IMG/VR virus record: IMGVR_UViG_3300009709_000001
Location: 253,336-317,335 of that record
Strand: one strand, 5' to 3'
Length of the DNA stretch: 64,000 nucleotides
DNA from: a virus
Lineage: Duplodnaviria; Heunggongvirae; Uroviricota; Caudoviricetes
The notes beneath the pieces were generated by a model, which saw nothing but the letters and a program-made list of their open reading frames with translations, was not told the DNA's origin and ran no database searches. The position numbers and the translations under genes are program-made. Below are positions 62,899-64,000 of the stretch, one piece after another (position 1 is the stretch's first letter; the number at the start of each line of letters is the position of its first letter).

Positions 62899-62950
62899 TG
62901 GTAGGCCAGGATGGATTCGAACCCTTTTGTGCGCCGTACAGAGCTCGAAA
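62899..62950 (-). pseudogene. tRNA 3'-half remnant
   Basis: GGGTTCGAATCCATCCTGGCCTACCA with no matching 5' acceptor strand. Confidence 0.6.
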
Positions 62951-62953
62951 TAT

Positions 62954-63028
62954 TGGTGGGCGGCCCGGGACTCGAACCCGGATTGAACGATTATGAGTCG
63001 CATATTCTAACCTTTAAATTAACCGCCC
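62954..63028 (-). tRNA. tRNA with CAU anticodon (Ile2 or Met; C4-G69 favours Ile2)
   Basis: GGGCGGT...GCGA-CTCATAA-TCGT...CCGGG-TTCGAGT-CCCGG-GCCGCCC-ACCA. Confidence 0.9.
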
Positions 63029-63121
63029 GGATTTCTTTTAATTCGATAATGGAAAGTTTGTTAGGAAAATAATTTCATTTTGAGATATCTCTCGGTCCTA
63101 TATCCCTTTACCTCGAATTTA

Positions 63122-63346
63122 TTATTTATAGATGATGTTATTCGTATTCTTTCCCGCTTCCTTGTTCATATACCATGCGAGCAACTTGGTTTGTACCTGG
63201 GTAGCAATGCTGCCGTAGGCGGGATCGTAGGCGAAACGAATGGGAGAATCCACCCATGCTTGACGCCGCATGAATGCACGTACAGCATCTCGATGGGCCT
63301 TTTTGGAGGGGTCGAACTCGACAGTAGCCGGTAGCGTGAGAAGCAT
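63122..63346 (-). CDS. hypothetical protein
   Basis: GAAGGA RBS, promoter upstream. Confidence 0.7.
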   Translation of the reverse strand: MLLTLPATVEFDPSKKAHRDAVRAFMRRQAWVDSPIRFAYDPAYGSIATQVQTKLLAWYMNKEAGKNTNNIIYK

Positions 63347-63387
63347 AATTTTCCTTCTGTGTCAATAACTGCCGTTATTATAGCAGA

Positions 63388-63663
63388 TTATGCAGTCCTG
63401 TCAACAAGATTTTGGATACGCTCACAGGCATCGGAATCGGGATCAATGACATTCATCTCCACCAAAAGCCAATACATTATATCAGATTTAGTCCCGTGGT
63501 GTTCGCCTGCATATTCCTGGACATAGGATTTTATATCATCTTTGAGATGACCTTCGCATCCACGGGTATCTCTCCAGTGTTCGACCAATCCCATATCGGA
63601 TTCGATAAATTGAGCAAACTGATCGAGCGTCAATTTGAGTTTTTTGAAATCTGAGAGTTTCAT
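63388..63663 (-). CDS. hypothetical protein (MKLSDF...)
   Basis: Internal start. Confidence 0.65.
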   Translation of the reverse strand: MKLSDFKKLKLTLDQFAQFIESDMGLVEHWRDTRGCEGHLKDDIKSYVQEYAGEHHGTKSDIMYWLLVEMNVIDPDSDACERIQNLVDRTA

Positions 63664-63742
63664 TGGGCCCAACCTTTGCGAGGTCCCCACTGCTTATAGA
63701 TTGCAGATTTGCATTTCCGGCGATCACAGATTTTTCGTACCT

Positions 63743-63982
63743 TCATGCTACGTCCGATGCTTGTATAAAAGGATTATTCCCCCAAGGGTCAATCAACCAC
63801 ACGTGTTCGTCACAGCGATACAACCTGTAACCACTTTTGTCATCGCCGAAATAAGTGCCCTGCTCATCTTTAGGCAACAGATAGCGATCTCCGTGCCTTA
63901 CGCGAAAGATACGACCGACAATTCCACCGGAACTCATTCGACAAAGATTTTTGTACCAAAGATCTACACCGCGGACTGCCAT
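63743..63982 (-). CDS. hypothetical protein
   Basis: Clean ORF. Confidence 0.65.
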   Translation of the reverse strand: MAVRGVDLWYKNLCRMSSGGIVGRIFRVRHGDRYLLPKDEQGTYFGDDKSGYRLYRCDEHVWLIDPWGNNPFIQASDVA

Positions 63983-64000
63983 TTCTTCTTCGAGTTCGAG

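Noticed and set aside
1-64000. Stop-codon reassignment
   Set aside because: Standard code 11 gives dense, coupled ORFs, with TAG and TGA used as normal stops.

Overview
Accessory (non-core) part of a large lytic tailed phage genome, probably jumbo-sized (inference: ~150 tightly packed, mostly minus-strand small ORFs, many sigma70-type promoters, tRNAs, free-standing homing endonucleases, and no structural or replication core genes in the window). Bases 1-9,200 are a GC-rich module of tiny genes, most with their own promoter. These promoters carry a conserved GTAACA-N4-GTAACA box next to the -35 and spaced inverted CCTCG/CGAGG pairs. Bases 9,209-15,011 are an AT-rich array of 25 overlapping paralogous small genes (N-terminal D/E-x-x-(Y/F/L)-x-x-L-K-Y motif), with relatives scattered through the window. 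Recognisable proteins: SprT-like protease, vWA protein, PRTase, bL12-CTD-like protein, TraR/DksA zinc finger, GT-B glycosyltransferase, AAA ATPase, AAA+/M41 protease fusion, histidine phosphatase, SleB-like hydrolase and four HNH/GIY-YIG endonucleases. RNA features: tRNA-Leu(UAA) split by a 208-nt group I intron, tRNA(CAU), a tRNA 3' fragment, a ~500-nt GNRA-rich structured RNA and two smaller structured RNA candidates. Several apparent single-base homopolymer deletions suggest sequencing error, so frameshift calls need caution. All calls come from reading motifs by eye; no database searches were run.
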